This document shows, in pieces, positions 51,056 through 64,000 of a stretch of 64,000 bases of DNA. Positions within the stretch are counted from its first letter, which is position 1. Each line of letters starts with the position of its first letter. Below the pieces are notes generated by a model. The model worked only from the letters and a program-made list of their open reading frames with translations, was not told the origin of the DNA and did no database searches. Source of the stretch: Squalus acanthias. Its lineage: Eukaryota. The position numbers were made by a program, and so were the translations under genes. The stretch spans positions 25,234,001 to 25,298,000 of the forward strand of contig CM059437.1 in the NCBI GenBank assembly GCA_030390025.1, in the 5' to 3' direction.

Positions 51056-51854
51056 CAAGTGTCTTTATAGATAGCACTTGGTCCGTGTGATCTCCTGGAC
51101 TGGTTTCAATCGCCTGAGGGGATCGGAGAGGAATTTTCCAAGTATTTTTTCCCTTATTGGCCCTGGTTTTTTTTTCTCTTTTTAGATTACGTTGCTACAG
51201 GAGGGGAGGGAGGGAGGGAGTGGAAGGCGTAGTTACAATCCTCCGGCCAGCGTGAGTTGTACATTTGTGTGGAGCATTGTGTAAAATGTGTGTTTTAAAA
51301 GTTGATCATTTAACTGCAGATTTGCATAATGTTCCACAAACACATACAAGTTGGAACAAATCTTTCTGGCTCCCTGCGAGTGTCAGGGTAGAATGTTTGC
51401 CGTGCAGTCGCAGCCACTTTTGGCCACACATCACTTAGTTCATCTCAAAACATTTGCAAGTAAAGTGAACGGATAGGTTAGTAACTTTTCCTACAATATA
51501 ATTGATTTCCTTAAGTATGGAAAACGTATTGTTCCCAAAAGTCCTTGGAGAACCTAAATTAGTGCTTCTTCAAATCTTAATGCTGTGATAAATTAATTAT
51601 ACATTGAATTGTAAAATGCAGAAATAAGTGGTCTCTCAGAACACTGATTTACAATAATGTTTATAAAAAATGTAAGTAAGACCCTGTCTCCCCAAGCATG
51701 ATATATTAGCTGTGAAGATTAATCTCTTTTTTGTTACTATAAAGAGGCTGAAGTGTAACTAGTTTTCAATGGAGTACAATTTTGAAATGCTTCCATGAAT
51801 AAGTACTTTAATATTAGTCATGCACAGCCTTTGCAGATTGGGTTTACATATAAT

Positions 51855-53270
51855 TACATAGAATGTACAGCGCAGAAACGGCCCATTCGGCCCAACTGGT
51901 CCATGGTCCACACAAGCCTCCTCCCACCCCTCATCATCTAACCCTATCAGCCTAACCTTCTATTCCTTTCTCCCTCATATGTTTAGCTAAATGCATCTAT
52001 GCTATTCGCCTTAACGACACCATGTGGTAGCGAGTTCCAAATTCTAACCACTCTGGGTAAAGGAAGTTTCTCCTGAATTCCCTATTGGATTTATTGGTGA
52101 CTATCTTATATTTGTGGCCCCTAGTTTTGAATTCTTCCCACAGATAGAAACATTTTCTCTACGTCTACCCTATCAAACCCTTACCTCTATCAGGTCACTC
52201 CACTCAGCCTTCTCTTTTCTAGAGAAAAGGGCCCCAGTCCATTCAGTCTTTCCTGCTAGGTACAACCTCTCAGTTCTGGTATCATACTTGTAAATCTTTT
52301 TTGCACCTTCTCCAGTGCCTCTATATCCTTTTTATAATGTGGAGGCCAGAACTGTGCTCAGTAACAAGTGTGATCTGACCAAGGTTCTACAGAAGTTTAA
52401 TATAAATTCTCTGCTTTTCAACTCTATCCCTCTAGAAATGAACTCTAGCGCTTTGTTTGCTGTTTTTATGGCCTTATTAACCTGTGTCGCTACTTTTAGT
52501 GATTTGTGTCTCAGCACCCCTAGATCCCTTTGCTCCTCTATCTCATTTAGACTCTTAATGTGACCTCCTTATTCTTCCTACCAAAATGCACCACCTCACA
52601 CTTAGCTGTATTGAAATTAATTTGCCAATTACACGCCACTTCTGCAAGTCTGTTAATGTCTTGTAATTTGTCGCTGTCTTCCTCAGTATTGACTATACTT
52701 CCCAATTTGGTGTCATCTGAAAATGTTGAAATTGTACTTCTGATTCCCGAGTCCAAATCATTTATGTAAATGGTGAACAACAGTGTTTCCAGCAGCGATC
52801 CCTGTGGAACACCACTTCCCACCTTTTGTCAGTCTCAGTGGCTACCTTTAACCCCTACTCTCTCTTTTCTGTTTTGTAACCAGTTTGCTATTTATTCTGC
52901 TACTTGTTCCCTGACTTCACATGCGTTGACTTTTTTTCACGAGTCTACTATGCAGTACCTTATCAAAGGCCTTTTGAAAATCTAAATATATTACATCTGC
53001 TGCATTACCCTTGTCTATTCTTTCTGTTATTTCTTCAAAGAATTCAATAAGGTTGGTCAAGCATGACCCCGTGCTGACTATTCTTTACTATATTTTCAGA
53101 TTATTCTACGACCTCTTTGAGTAAAGATTCCATTATCATTCCTACCACCGCATTAAGCTAACTGGTCTAATGTTCCCTGGACTTGTTCTATCTCCCTTTT
53201 TAAATATAGGAATAACATTAGCTGTCGACCAGTCCTCTGCCACTTTTCCCTTTCCTATTGATTTTTGAGA
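51855..53270 (-). mobile_element. Degraded CR1 LINE ORF2/3' fragment
   Basis: Minus-strand SGVPQGSLL..LFTIYINDLD...FSDDTKLG and KANKALEFISRGIELKSRE; 3' tail near 51855. Confidence 0.88.
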
Positions 53271-53866
53271 TATGTCATCGTGCCTGCAGTTTGCTGCAGT
53301 TCATTTCTGCTTTACTCAATGTTGAAGGTTCTGCTACAGTCTTTGTTCAAGAATCAAAGTCAATAGCTTCCCTGGTGTCTTAGTTGGTAACTGCAGAGGA
53401 AAGTCTGTGGGTTCGATCGTAGGTCTGTGCTGAGTTCACTGATCTCATGTCAGGGCAACACCTGAGGTGCCACAAGTGGCTTCTATATCTCTGGGTTAGG
53501 GAGTGAAGAAGTACCGAGAATTTCTGCTCCTGCTTGTTCTATGGAAAGTGTGGATGTTAGTTAAGGGCAGAATCAGTTCAAATAACCTGCCAACATCTGC
53601 TGGCTGGGTGCCAATTTGAAGAATGGTAAATTGAATGCGATACTGTAGGGCTACAGGTGCCCACGGAACTGTACCTCAGCGTAAGTCAGTGCCTTCAACA
53701 AATGAGAGGAAAAAAATTGAGGGGGATTGAACACTATTGTGGCTGTTCACTTTCTGATGCTCAGATCCCATCATACATTACTATTAAAATAATTTCTATA
53801 TAAACTAAGTTTTGCGATCCAGATTCAATACACATTTTTTTGCCTAATTTTCTTCATTCCCTTTCA

Positions 53867-56635
53867 GGGAACGGTAGCATAGTGGTTATGTTACTGGATT
53901 AGTAATCCAGAGGCCTGGACTAATGATCCGGAGACGTGAGTTCAAATCCCACCACGGCAGCTGGGGAATTTAAATTCAGTTAATTAAATAAATCTGGAAT
54001 AATTACCAGTATCAGTAATGGTGACCATGAAACTATCGGATTGTCACAAAAACCCATCTGGTTCACTAATGTCCTTTAGGGAAGGAAATCTGCCGTCCGT
54101 ACCTGGTCTGGCCTATATGTGATTCCAGACCCGCAGCAATGTGGTTGACTCTTAACTGCCCTCTGAAATGGCCTAGCAAGCCACTCAGTTGTAAAAAAAC
54201 TGCTACGACAAACAATAAGAATAAAACTGGACGGACCACCCGGCATCGACCTCCACACCAGCTACAGACACGACAATGGTACACCCAGCCCAGTCGACCC
54301 TGCAATGTCCTCCTCACCAACATCTGGGGACTTGTGCCAAAATTGGGAGAGCTATCCCACAGACTAGTCAAGCAACAGCCTGACAAACTCATATCCACAG
54401 AATCATACCTTTCAACCAATGTCCCAAACTCCTCCATCACCATCCCTGGGTATGTCCTGTACCACCAGCAGGACAGATCCACCGGGGTGGCGGCACAGTG
54501 GTATACAGTCAGGAAGGCGTGGCCCTTGGAGTCCTCAACATTGACTCCGGACCGCATGAACCTCCTGCTGATTACCACCTACTGCCCTCCCTCAGCTAAT
54601 GAATCAATACTCCTCCATGTTAAACACCACTTGGAAGAAGCACTGAGAGTAGCAAGGGCACAGAATGTACTCTGGGTGGGGGACTTCAATGTCAATCACC
54701 AAGAGTGGCTTGGTAGCACCACTACTGACCGAGCTGGCCGAGTCCTGAAGGACTTAGCTGCCAGTCTGGGCCTGCGACAGGTGGTGAGAGAACCAACACG
54801 AGGGAAAAACCTACTTGACCTCGTCCTCACCAATCTACCCGTCGCAGCTGCATCTGTCCATGACAGCATTGGTAGTAGTGACCACCGCACAGTCATTGTG
54901 GAGATGAAGTCCCGTCTTCACAATGCGGACACCCTCCATCGTGTTGTGTGCGCTACCACTGTGCTAAATGGGATAGATTCAGAACAGATCTAGCAGCTCA
55001 AAACTGGGCATCCATGAGGCGCAGAATTGTATTCCACCACCGGATCCAGCAAAGGTTATGGGCCCCGACAACATCCCGGCTTTCATGCTGAAGACTTGTG
55101 CTCCAGAACTAGCCACGCATCTAGCCAAGCTGTTCCAGTACAGCTGCAACACTGGCATCGAGCCGACAATGTGGCAAACTGCCCAGGTAGGTCCTGTCCA
55201 CAAAAAGCAGGACAAATCCAATCCAGCCAATTACCGCCCCAGCCAATTACCGCCCCATCAATCTACTCTCAATCTACTCTCAATCATCAGCAAAGTGATG
55301 GAAGGTGTCGTCGACAGTGCTATCAAGCGGCACTTACTCACCAATAACCTGCTCACTGATGCCCAGTTTGGGTTCCACCAAGACCACTCGGCTCCAGACC
55401 TAATTGCATCTTGGTCCAAACATGGACAAAAGAGCTGAATTCCAGAGGTGAGGTGAGAGTGACTGCTCTTGACATCAAGGCAGCATTTAACCAAATGTAG
55501 CATCAAGGAGCCCTAGTAAAACTGAAGTCAATGGGAATTGGGGGGGGGGAAACTCTCCACTGGCTGGAGTCATACCTAGCACAATGGAAGATGGTTGTGG
55601 TGGTTGGAGGTCAATCATCACAGCCCCAGGACATTGCTGCAGGAGTTCCTCAGGGCAGTGTCCTAGGCCCAACCATCTTCAGCTGCTTCATCAATGACCT
55701 TCCCTCCATCATAAGGTCAGAAGTGGGGATGTTCGCTGATGACTGCACAGTGTTCAGTGTCATTTGCAACTCCTCAGATAATGAAGCAGTCCATGCCCGC
55801 ATGCAACAAGACCTCGACGACGTTCAGGCTTCGGCTGATAAGTGGCAGGTAACATGCGCGCCACAGAAGTGCGAAGGCAATGACTATCTCCAACAAGCGA
55901 GCGTCTAACCACCGCCCCTTGACATTCAACGGCATTACCATTGCCAAATCTCCCACCATCAATATTCTGGGGGGTCATCATTCACCAGAAACTTAACTGG
56001 ACCAACCACATACATACTGTGGCAACAAGAGCAGATCAGAGGCTAGGTATTCTGCAGCAAGTGTCTCACCTCCTGACTCCCCAAAGCCTTTCCACCATCT
56101 GCAAGGCACAAGTCAGGAGTGTGATGGAATGCTCTCCACTTGCCTGGATGAGTGCAGCCCCAACAACACTCAAGAAGCTCGACACCATCCAAGACAAAGC
56201 AGCCTGCTTGATTGACACCCCATCCACCACCTTAAACATTCACTCCCTCCACCACCAGCCTACCGTGGTTGCAGTGTGTACTATCTACAAGATGCACTGC
56301 AGCAACTCGCCAAGGCTTCTTCGGCAGCACCTTCCAAACCCGCAACCTCTACCACCTAGAAGGACAAGGGCAGCAGGCGCATGGGAACAACACCACCTCC
56401 AAGTTCCCCTCCAAGTCACACACCATCCTGACTTGGAAGTATATCGCCGTTCCTTCATCGTCGCTGGGTCAAAACCCTGGAACTCCCTCCCTAACAGCAC
56501 TGTGGGAGTACCTTCACCACACGGACTGCAGTGGTTCAAGAAGGTGGCTCACCATCACCTTCTCAAGGGCCAATAGGGATGGGCAATAAATGCTGGCCTT
56601 GCCAGCGACGCCCACATCCCATGAATGAATAAACA
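53867..56635 (+). mobile_element. CR1-group (Zenon-like) LINE, degraded EN+RT, with tRNA-like 5' head
   Basis: A box tagcatagtggt (~53875), B box gagttcaaatccc (53938-53950); APE motifs TNIWGL, GDFN, PTRGKNLLDLVLTN, SDH; RT motifs GPDNIP, NYRP, GVPQGSVLGP, FADD, KAQVRSVME; (atga)n tail; several frameshifts and an internal deletion. Confidence 0.88.
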
Positions 56636-56694
56636 AATAAACCTCTCCTGAAGGTGCTAACTCCTTGCTGGGATATAGTTCTACAGCCACCTTC

Positions 56695-58440
56695 TTGGCC
56701 CCTTGAGCCTGCCCCGCCATTCAATAAGATCATGGCTGATCTTGGGCTCAAAGCCACTTCCCCGCCCGCTCCCCATAACCCTTCACTCCCTTATCTTGCA
56801 AAAATCTGTCTATCTCCACCTTAAACGTACTTGATGACCCAGCCTCCACCGCTCTCTGGGGCAGAGAATTCCACAGATTTACAACCCTCTGAGAGAAGAA
56901 ATTCCTCCTCATCTCAGTTCTAAAAGGGCGACCCTTTATTCTAAAACTGTGCCCCGCGTTCTAGATTCCCCACGAGGGGAAACATCCTCTCTGCATCTAC
57001 CTTGTCGAGCCAACTCAGTATCTTATATGTTTCAATAAGATCACCTCTCATTCTTCTAAATTCCAATGAGTATAGGCCCAGCCTGCTCAAACTTTCCTCA
57101 TAAGTCAACCCCCTCATCTCTGGAATTAACCTAGTGAATTGTCTCTGAACTGCCTCTAATGCAAGTATATCCTTCCTTAAATAAGGAGACCAAAACTGTA
57201 CGCAGTACTCAAGGTGTGGTCTTACCAATACCCTGTACAGTTGTAGCAGGACTTCCCTGCTTTTATAATCCAACCCCTTTGAAATAAAGGCCAACATTAC
57301 ATTTGCCTTTTTGATTACTTGCTGTACCTGCATGCTAACTTTTTGTGTTTCATGCACAAGGACCCCCAGGTCCCTCTGAACTGTAGCATTTTGTAATCTC
57401 TCTCCATTTAAATAATAATTTGCTTTTTTATTTTTCCTGCCAAAGTGTATAACCTCACACTTTCCCACATTATACTCCATCTGCCAAATGTTTGCCCACT
57501 CACTTAGCCTGTCTATATCCCTTTGCAGGTTCTTTGAGTCCTCTGCACAACTTGCTTTCCCACCCATCTTTGTATCATCCGCAAACTTGGCTACATTACA
57601 CTCGGTCCCTTCATCCAAGTCATTAATGTAGATTGTAAATAGCTGAGGCCCCAGCACCGATCCCTGTTGCACCCCACTAGTTACCGTTTGCCAACCGGAA
57701 AATGACCCATTTATCCTGACTCTCTGCTTTCTGTTAGTTAGCCAATTCTCTATCCATGCTAATATATTACCCCCAATTCCGTGAGCTCTTATCTTATGCA
57801 GTAACCTTTTATGTGGCACCTTATCGAATGCCTTCTGGAAATCCAAATACACCACATCCACTGGTTTACCTTTGTCCACCCTGCTCGTTACCTCCTCAAA
57901 GAACTCCAGCAAGTTTGTTAAACATGATTTCCCTTTCATAAAACCATGCTGACTCTGCGTGACTGCATTATGATTTTCCAAATGCCCTGCTACTGCTTCC
58001 TTAATGAAGGACTCCAGCATTTTCCCAACCACAGATGTTAGGCTAACTGGTCTATAGTTTCCTGCTTTCTGTCTCCCTCCTTTCTTAAATAGGGGTGTTA
58101 CATTTGCGGTTTTCCAATCCGCTGGGACCTCTCCAGAGTCCAGGGAATTTTGGTATATTGCAACCAATGCATCCACTATCTCTGCAGCCACTTCTTTTAA
58201 GACCCTGGGATGCAGGCCATCTGGTCCAGGGGACTTGTCGTCTTTTAGTCCCATTATTTTACCAAGGACTATTTCCTTAGTGATAGTAATTGTCTTTAGT
58301 TTCCCCCCTCCCTGTGGCCCCTTGATTATCCATTATTGGGATGTTGTTAGTGTCTTCTACTGTGAAGACAGATACAAAATATTTGTTCAGAGTCTCTGCC
58401 ATTTCCCCGTTCCCTATTATTAATTCCCCAGTCTCATCCT
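56695..58440 (-). mobile_element. 5'-truncated CR1 LINE with 437-aa RT ORF (56941-58254)
   Basis: KSPGPDG, NYRPVSLTS, YLDFQKAFDKV, QGSVLGP, FADDTK, VRPHLEYCVQFWSP; C-terminal frameshift; CR1 3'UTR near 56700. Confidence 0.95.
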
Positions 58441-59726
58441 CGTCCCTAAATGCTTTACAGGCAATTAAGTACTTTCGAAGTGGAGTCTCTGTTGTAATGT
58501 AGGGATTGCGGCAGCCAATTTGCGCACAGCAAGGTCCCACAAACAGCAATGTGATAATGACCAGATAATCTGTATTTCAGTGATGTTGTTTGAGGGATAA
58601 ATATTGGCCCAGGACACGGGGATAACTCCCCTGCTCTTTTTCGAAATAGTGCTGTGGGATCACATCTATGGCAATCCTTTCCACAGATGCTAGTAGTTAA
58701 GTATCCTGGCTAAAGTAGGCGATATAATAGGAATCCCTAATCTCCAGATTATTACAAGAGCTGGCAATGTTTTAAAAGTAATCCACATATTTGATCAATT
58801 TTTAATTGCCTGACAGTGCAGCAGACCTTGATGTTGGAGACCTCTTTGGCAATAAGGTGCAACTACAGCACTGAGCACTGCCGAAGAATTATTCCCATTT
58901 GGCATATTTTTTCATACTGGATATAAACTTGCTAATGGGTGTTTGCATATGAGAAGCTCAACTCTGATCAACAGTGCTTTCTGTTGAATAAAATTAAGCT
59001 GCCATTACATTTTGACTCTTCCCTTGCCTGTGATTTGCAGTTAAACACACATGTTGTGAATTTGCTTTCCTTAACTTTAGGTTGCCTTACGCAATTCACC
59101 ATTTCCCAGTGAAATGGTAATCAGGTTTTCTGATCCTGGAATGCTGCTTGTGAGTTTCATCCTAAGGAGCGTGCTGAAGTAGCACAGGGTAACTGACCAT
59201 GTTGTTTTCTGGTTTAAATTTTGTTCCTCCCCTGATACTGCAGAGTCAAAGTCAGCGAATTTACCATGTGGGAAATTCTGCATCCTGACATTGTTCTTAC
59301 TGTGTTGCTGCTTTAGAGAGGTGTCTGTCCCTTGATCCATCCATTTAATTAACGTGAAGCTTTCTATTTCTTTGAACCAAATGTAAAATCCTATTACTAT
59401 TCAGTTAAATAAAATGAAGTGATCTGATCTGTGTTTTCACACTGTAATAAATATTCTTTTTATGCTCCTACATGTACAGGTAAGTATGATTCGTGATGGA
59501 GCAATGAAACCAAATCACCAGCTACTCTGTTAAAAGTTCCGGAGAGGGGCACTGTGCGTGTGTATGTATAATAAATATCCTTCAGTTGGTAATCCTGTGA
59601 CACACTCAACCCATTGAAATCAATGGATAATGCTGCAACAATAACAACTATTCCTTTTACTTGCTCCTGATGTGGCATTGTAACATCTGTCAGCTGGTTA
59701 CAACAAGCATAGCTACAAGACATAAT

Positions 59727-60624
59727 GGGGGGAAAATTCAGTTGGTTTGCGCCTCCCATTAGCGCCTTAAGAGGGCGTTAATGGAGCGCAAAGCAACTAG
59801 CGCCCAGGCGCGGCGATATCTGCGCCTCTCGCGAAATTGACCAGACATTTTGCAGCGGCGCTAAACACTACCGCCACGATCTCCTGCGCTGGCAGATCGT
59901 GACGTCAGTCGAGTGCGCAACACCCCGGTAGTGCCCCGGAGCAGATATTGAGTGGCGCCCCCTGCCTTACCGCCTGCTGCTAGCAACGACAGGTTGAGGG
60001 GAGCGTTTTGCAGTCAGGAAGGGACTGGGGGAGCGAGCGCTATTTAAAGGCGAACACTTCCTGCTTTTTTTTGTTGGTGACATTTTTGCACCACGCATTC
60101 TGAGAGAGAGAGAGAGAGACTTCTGGAGAGATTCAACGCTGTGTGAAGGAGTTTTGGGTACTGAGCAGCACTTTGCAGGTTCATTTTGATTTGCCCTTCC
60201 TTGCATCTATTTAGAAGAGACTGTGGGGGCTGCACTCTGAGCTCTTTCCTTGGTTCTCTCCATTGTTCTTTCCAGCAGATTTGATGTACAGGTCTCTCCA
60301 AGGCCGAGATTCAAGGCTGCAATGAGCAGGAGTGGATGGAGAGCAAGATCAACCCTCCCCTTTAAGCACTGGCCGGCGCCATTGTGTCTGTGTTCCATTG
60401 CTGACTGACATCACATGAGCTTCGCCAGCGCTCTGAGGTAGCGCCTCGCTCCTCGGCCTTTGTGCTTTAAGACAGGTGTGTAGCGCCTGATTTACCGCTC
60501 CAATCACCTCCAGGGGCGATAGAAACCAAGTTTGCAGTCGGAGGCGATAATTAGCGCCAGGCGCTAAACTTTGCGCACAGCCGATAATTGCGCCCCAAAC
60601 GGGGCGATACTGAATTTTTCCCCC
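59727..60624 (+). mobile_element. PIF/Harbinger-type MITE (family A)
   Basis: 16-bp TIR GGGGGGAAAATTCAGT/ACTGAATTTTTCCCCC (1 mismatch), AAT/AAT TSD. Confidence 0.85.
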
Positions 60625-60734
60625 AATGTTTCCTCTAACTAACTGTGAGCAAGGTCATGGGAGATGGATATTTTAAAAAATTTAGCCTGAGAGAAGATGA
60701 ACAGCTCATTTCAGGCCTTTATTACAAGAGGATT

Positions 60735-61365
60735 TGATTGGCCTTTATTACAAGAGGATTGGAGTATAAGAGTAAAGATGTCTTACTGCAATTATATAGG
60801 GCCCTGGTGAGACCACACCTGGAGTATTGTGTACAGTTTTGGTCTCCTTACCTAAGAAAGGATATACTTGCCAGAGAGGGAGTGCAACGAAAGTTCACCA
60901 GACTGGTTCCTGGGATGGGGGGATTGTCCTATGAGGAGAGATTGAGTAGACTAGGTCGATATTCTCTAGAGTTTAGAAGAATGAGAGGTGATCTCATTGA
61001 AACATACAAAATTCTTACAGGGCTTGACAGGGTAGATGCAGGGAGGATGTTTCCCCTGGCTGGGGAGTCTAGAACCAGAGGTCACAGTCTCAGAATAAGG
61101 GGTCGGCCATTTAGGACTGAGATGAGGAGAAATTTCTTCACTCAGAGGGTGGTGAATCTTTGGAATTCTCTACCCCAGAGGGTTGTGGAGGCTCAGTCGT
61201 TGAGTATATTCAAGACAGAGATCGATAGATTTTTGTATATTAAGGGAATCAAGGGATATGGGAATAGTGCAGGAAAGTGGAGTTGATGTAGAAGATCAGC
61301 CATGATCTTATTGAATGGCCAAATGGCCTACTCCTGCTCCTATTTCTTATGTTCTTATGTTCTTA
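60735..61365 (+). mobile_element. CR1 LINE 3' fragment (young)
   Basis: Uninterrupted 182-aa ORF2 C-terminus (60738-61286) and (ttcttatg)n tail. Confidence 0.93.
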
Positions 61366-63531
61366 TAGTTATTGGAATGAGCCAGCAATCAATAGGAGTG
61401 GGAGGGAGGAAATAAAGGTATTCAGAGAAACATACTACAGTCTGGTTTGACTATGATTGGGTGTCTTTGTTCCAAGTTTAATTACTTTATTCATCTTAAG
61501 TATCACAGGCACAAAGTTCACATTAATGAGTATGTTGCAGAGTGGCATCCACAAAGCATTTGTCACCAAGATATCAAATAAATCTGTTTGCTATTCTTTA
61601 TATGCTAGCCAATCGATATCAGGAAACAAAATGGATTCCAGCTGTCGGGCATTCATCGGCATGGTGATCTCTGTTTGAAAGAGACAAACTACAGAGAATG
61701 GGACCCTGACTCGGCCACTACTTACTGAGGTCGTAGTCCCAAAGGATAGCCCTGAATACAAAGAAAAAACCCACTAAAATCCCCTAATTCACAGAGCTTT
61801 AAGTCCCATTTTCAAATCATGAAGGGGGAGATAGCCTGCATAAACATTTGGGAAATAGCCCTGATTCTTCAGAGACTTTTTGAGTCTGAATGCCAGTTAA
61901 CAGTATGTAGCATTTACACTTAGTGGAGAGATTCTTTAATTTAGCTGTGTGTGTTTTAAAAGGAAATATTCACAATTTTTCTTACGATTAAAGTGTGGGG
62001 TTTTTTTTGGGAACATTTCCAAAAAAAAAAAGGTTGCATGAAATTTGAAATTTCCAATTTTTAAAGCCGTTCTGCAGCTGTTCTCATTTGTAAAACGAGC
62101 GGAAGCTTTATCGTCTTCTTCAAGTGGATGGAGACCTGCAATCGACAGCAACACACGGCCTGCACGGGTTCTGCAGTGGAGCCGCGGGACACATAACCAG
62201 AGCTTGAAATTTGTTTTTCTGTTATGTTTGATTTCATTCTCCATTTCACTCTGTGCATAATATATTTTAAAAGTCCCTGTATAGATTTACCATGATGAAT
62301 AACAGATACTTCCAGAACTTAAACATGCACATTTTTCAAATTGCATCAGCGGGCCTGTTTTTTCAGAACAGCAGTGAAGGAGGCCATACTGTCTGTGCCA
62401 GGGAAAATACAAAACTAATCCCACTGCACCACTGTGGTACCATCGAAGTACACAGTAGGTCAGTCAAACTAATAGAAGCACTTCAAACTTAAATACGACA
62501 TTGAATTTGTACAGGACAGCTACGTTATGTGTCAGACTTTAATGTTCGACTGACTGTTTTTAACAAGAATTAAGTCAACAAACACAAGTCACCAACCCGA
62601 AGATGCTCATTCAAAACAAATACAGGAGCGTTGGAACTACTGCTTTTGGTGCCCTCGACATTCTTTCCCTCTTTACACCACTAAAAATAATCTTGCCAGT
62701 GGGGCCCATTATAGGAACATATTAAGAAAAGGCCTTTTGCACCTCACCACTCTCCCCTTGCAAGTTCGGAAAATCGCGAGTTCGCCTGCAGGCAGAATTT
62801 TCATCTGACACTGCACCTGTCTTTTGCAGATGTGCCCTTGTAAAGTGTGGGCCTTTATATCCGGTCGTTTTGAATTTTGCCATCGAATCCAAGTATAGTC
62901 CAGCAGTTAAGGAGTTAACGAGGAGTTTGCCATCTCCCTCTGACTCACGCAACGCAGCGGGGGATGGATAACCTTTAAAATAATAGTAAGCTGAGGTCAT
63001 AGTTCTGTAAACTTTCTTTGCTAAGTCGGCTGCTAGTCACAATTTAAAGCATTGTAAAATCAAATGTTCCCTGTTATGTTCCTGCATTTTCATTTTTTCC
63101 CAGTGGAATGCATTGCTCTCATTAAAAACACTAACTATTCCCAAAAATGGAGTTTGTTGGCAATGCTTCTGTGATACCTGGCACTGCTCCTACATCTAAG
63201 TATGCGAAAGATTTAAGTGTTATTGCTATGGATGGCTGATGCTGTTGCCTTAAAAGGGAATGTATGTTTTAATTTAAACCCTGTTAATAATAAAAACAAA
63301 AAAATTCCGCCAAAGTTTATGACTCATGAGGCACTTCTTGTAAAGTGAGTTCTAAACCCACTGGTGAATGATTGCCAGACTGCCTTTATCCAATTCTCCG
63401 TTTCATGTCTGGATTCCCAGGTCCTGAGCGTCGAAACCTATGATTTTATTATGAGTATTTGGTTAGTCTCTCAGTGGGATCTGTGGTCGATACATTGCTG
63501 GCTAAAACATTGAGCTTCCTTCGAAAATAAT

Positions 63532-64000
63532 GGGGGGAATTTTAACCTAAAAAAACGGGTGGGTTTGGAGCGTGAGGGTTGTTAAAGATGGGATTCCCAA
63601 CCTGAACCCGCCTCCAACCCACCCACTTCCGATATTAATGGGGGTGGGCAGCCAATCCGCACCCAGGAGGTGGGACGTCAATTTAAATATTATAATGAGG
63701 CTGGAAGCCTCTGTTTTAACCTCCATTTTGTTGTTAACTGCATGTGGACGGGTTTTACACAATTCATGAAACCCGGCAGTTACAACAAGGCGTGGACTGC
63801 TGGATCCAGGAGGTAAGTGTCATTATACCTACCTCCTGGATCCAGGGTTCTTACCTAACCCACCCCCCTGCTCCCCCCCCCCCCCCCCCCCCCGCGATCA
63901 GAGACCCCCCCCATGAGGCTTCCCAGACTCCCCCCACACTGATGATGCTGAGGCTGGTCACGATCCTTTGGTGGCCGGCCACGATCTTCCCTTCACCACC
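63532..64000 (+). mobile_element. PIF/Harbinger-type MITE (family C), truncated by window edge
   Basis: ggggggaattttaacc left TIR; homology to 10622 and 22070-22976 copies. Confidence 0.65.

Noticed and set aside
53867-53955. tRNA gene
   Set aside because: A/B boxes are present but no convincing cloverleaf or terminator; it is a retroposon head.
56941-58254. 437-aa RT ORF as an active or domesticated gene
   Set aside because: 5'-truncated (no endonuclease), C-terminal frameshift, PQG motif altered to QQG; an ordinary CR1 copy.

Overview
Eukaryotic (vertebrate) genomic DNA. The repeat content (HE1/V-SINE-like, Deu-domain SINEs, CR1 LINEs, Penelope-like fragment) suggests a cartilaginous fish. 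The window holds the complete coding region of STAT3 on the + strand: 23 coding exons from ATG 18993 to TAA 43828, 2313 nt, 770 aa. All introns are GT-AG, and exon sizes match human STAT3 except for one codon lost in exon 5 and one gained in exon 23. The promoter and first non-coding exon were not found. The rest is intron or intergenic DNA dense in transposons: many 3-bp-TSD PIF/Harbinger-type MITEs (one retaining a Myb/SANT relic), a Tigger/pogo-like MITE, CR1 fragments and several SINE families. Most interesting: (1) a 2.8-kb EN+RT LINE with a tRNA-like Pol III head, no ORF1 and no sense-strand TTTT run, whose internal-deletion derivatives appear to be the local SINEs; (2) a 30-bp minisatellite in STAT3 intron 21 made of STAT-binding (SIE-like) motifs; (3) absence of the mammalian STAT3-beta and delta-S701 splice sites, with a possible exon-skip route to a beta-like isoform; (4) unusual SH2/phosphotail substitutions (S614N, T708R). 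Human comparisons and repeat-family names are from memory, not database searches.
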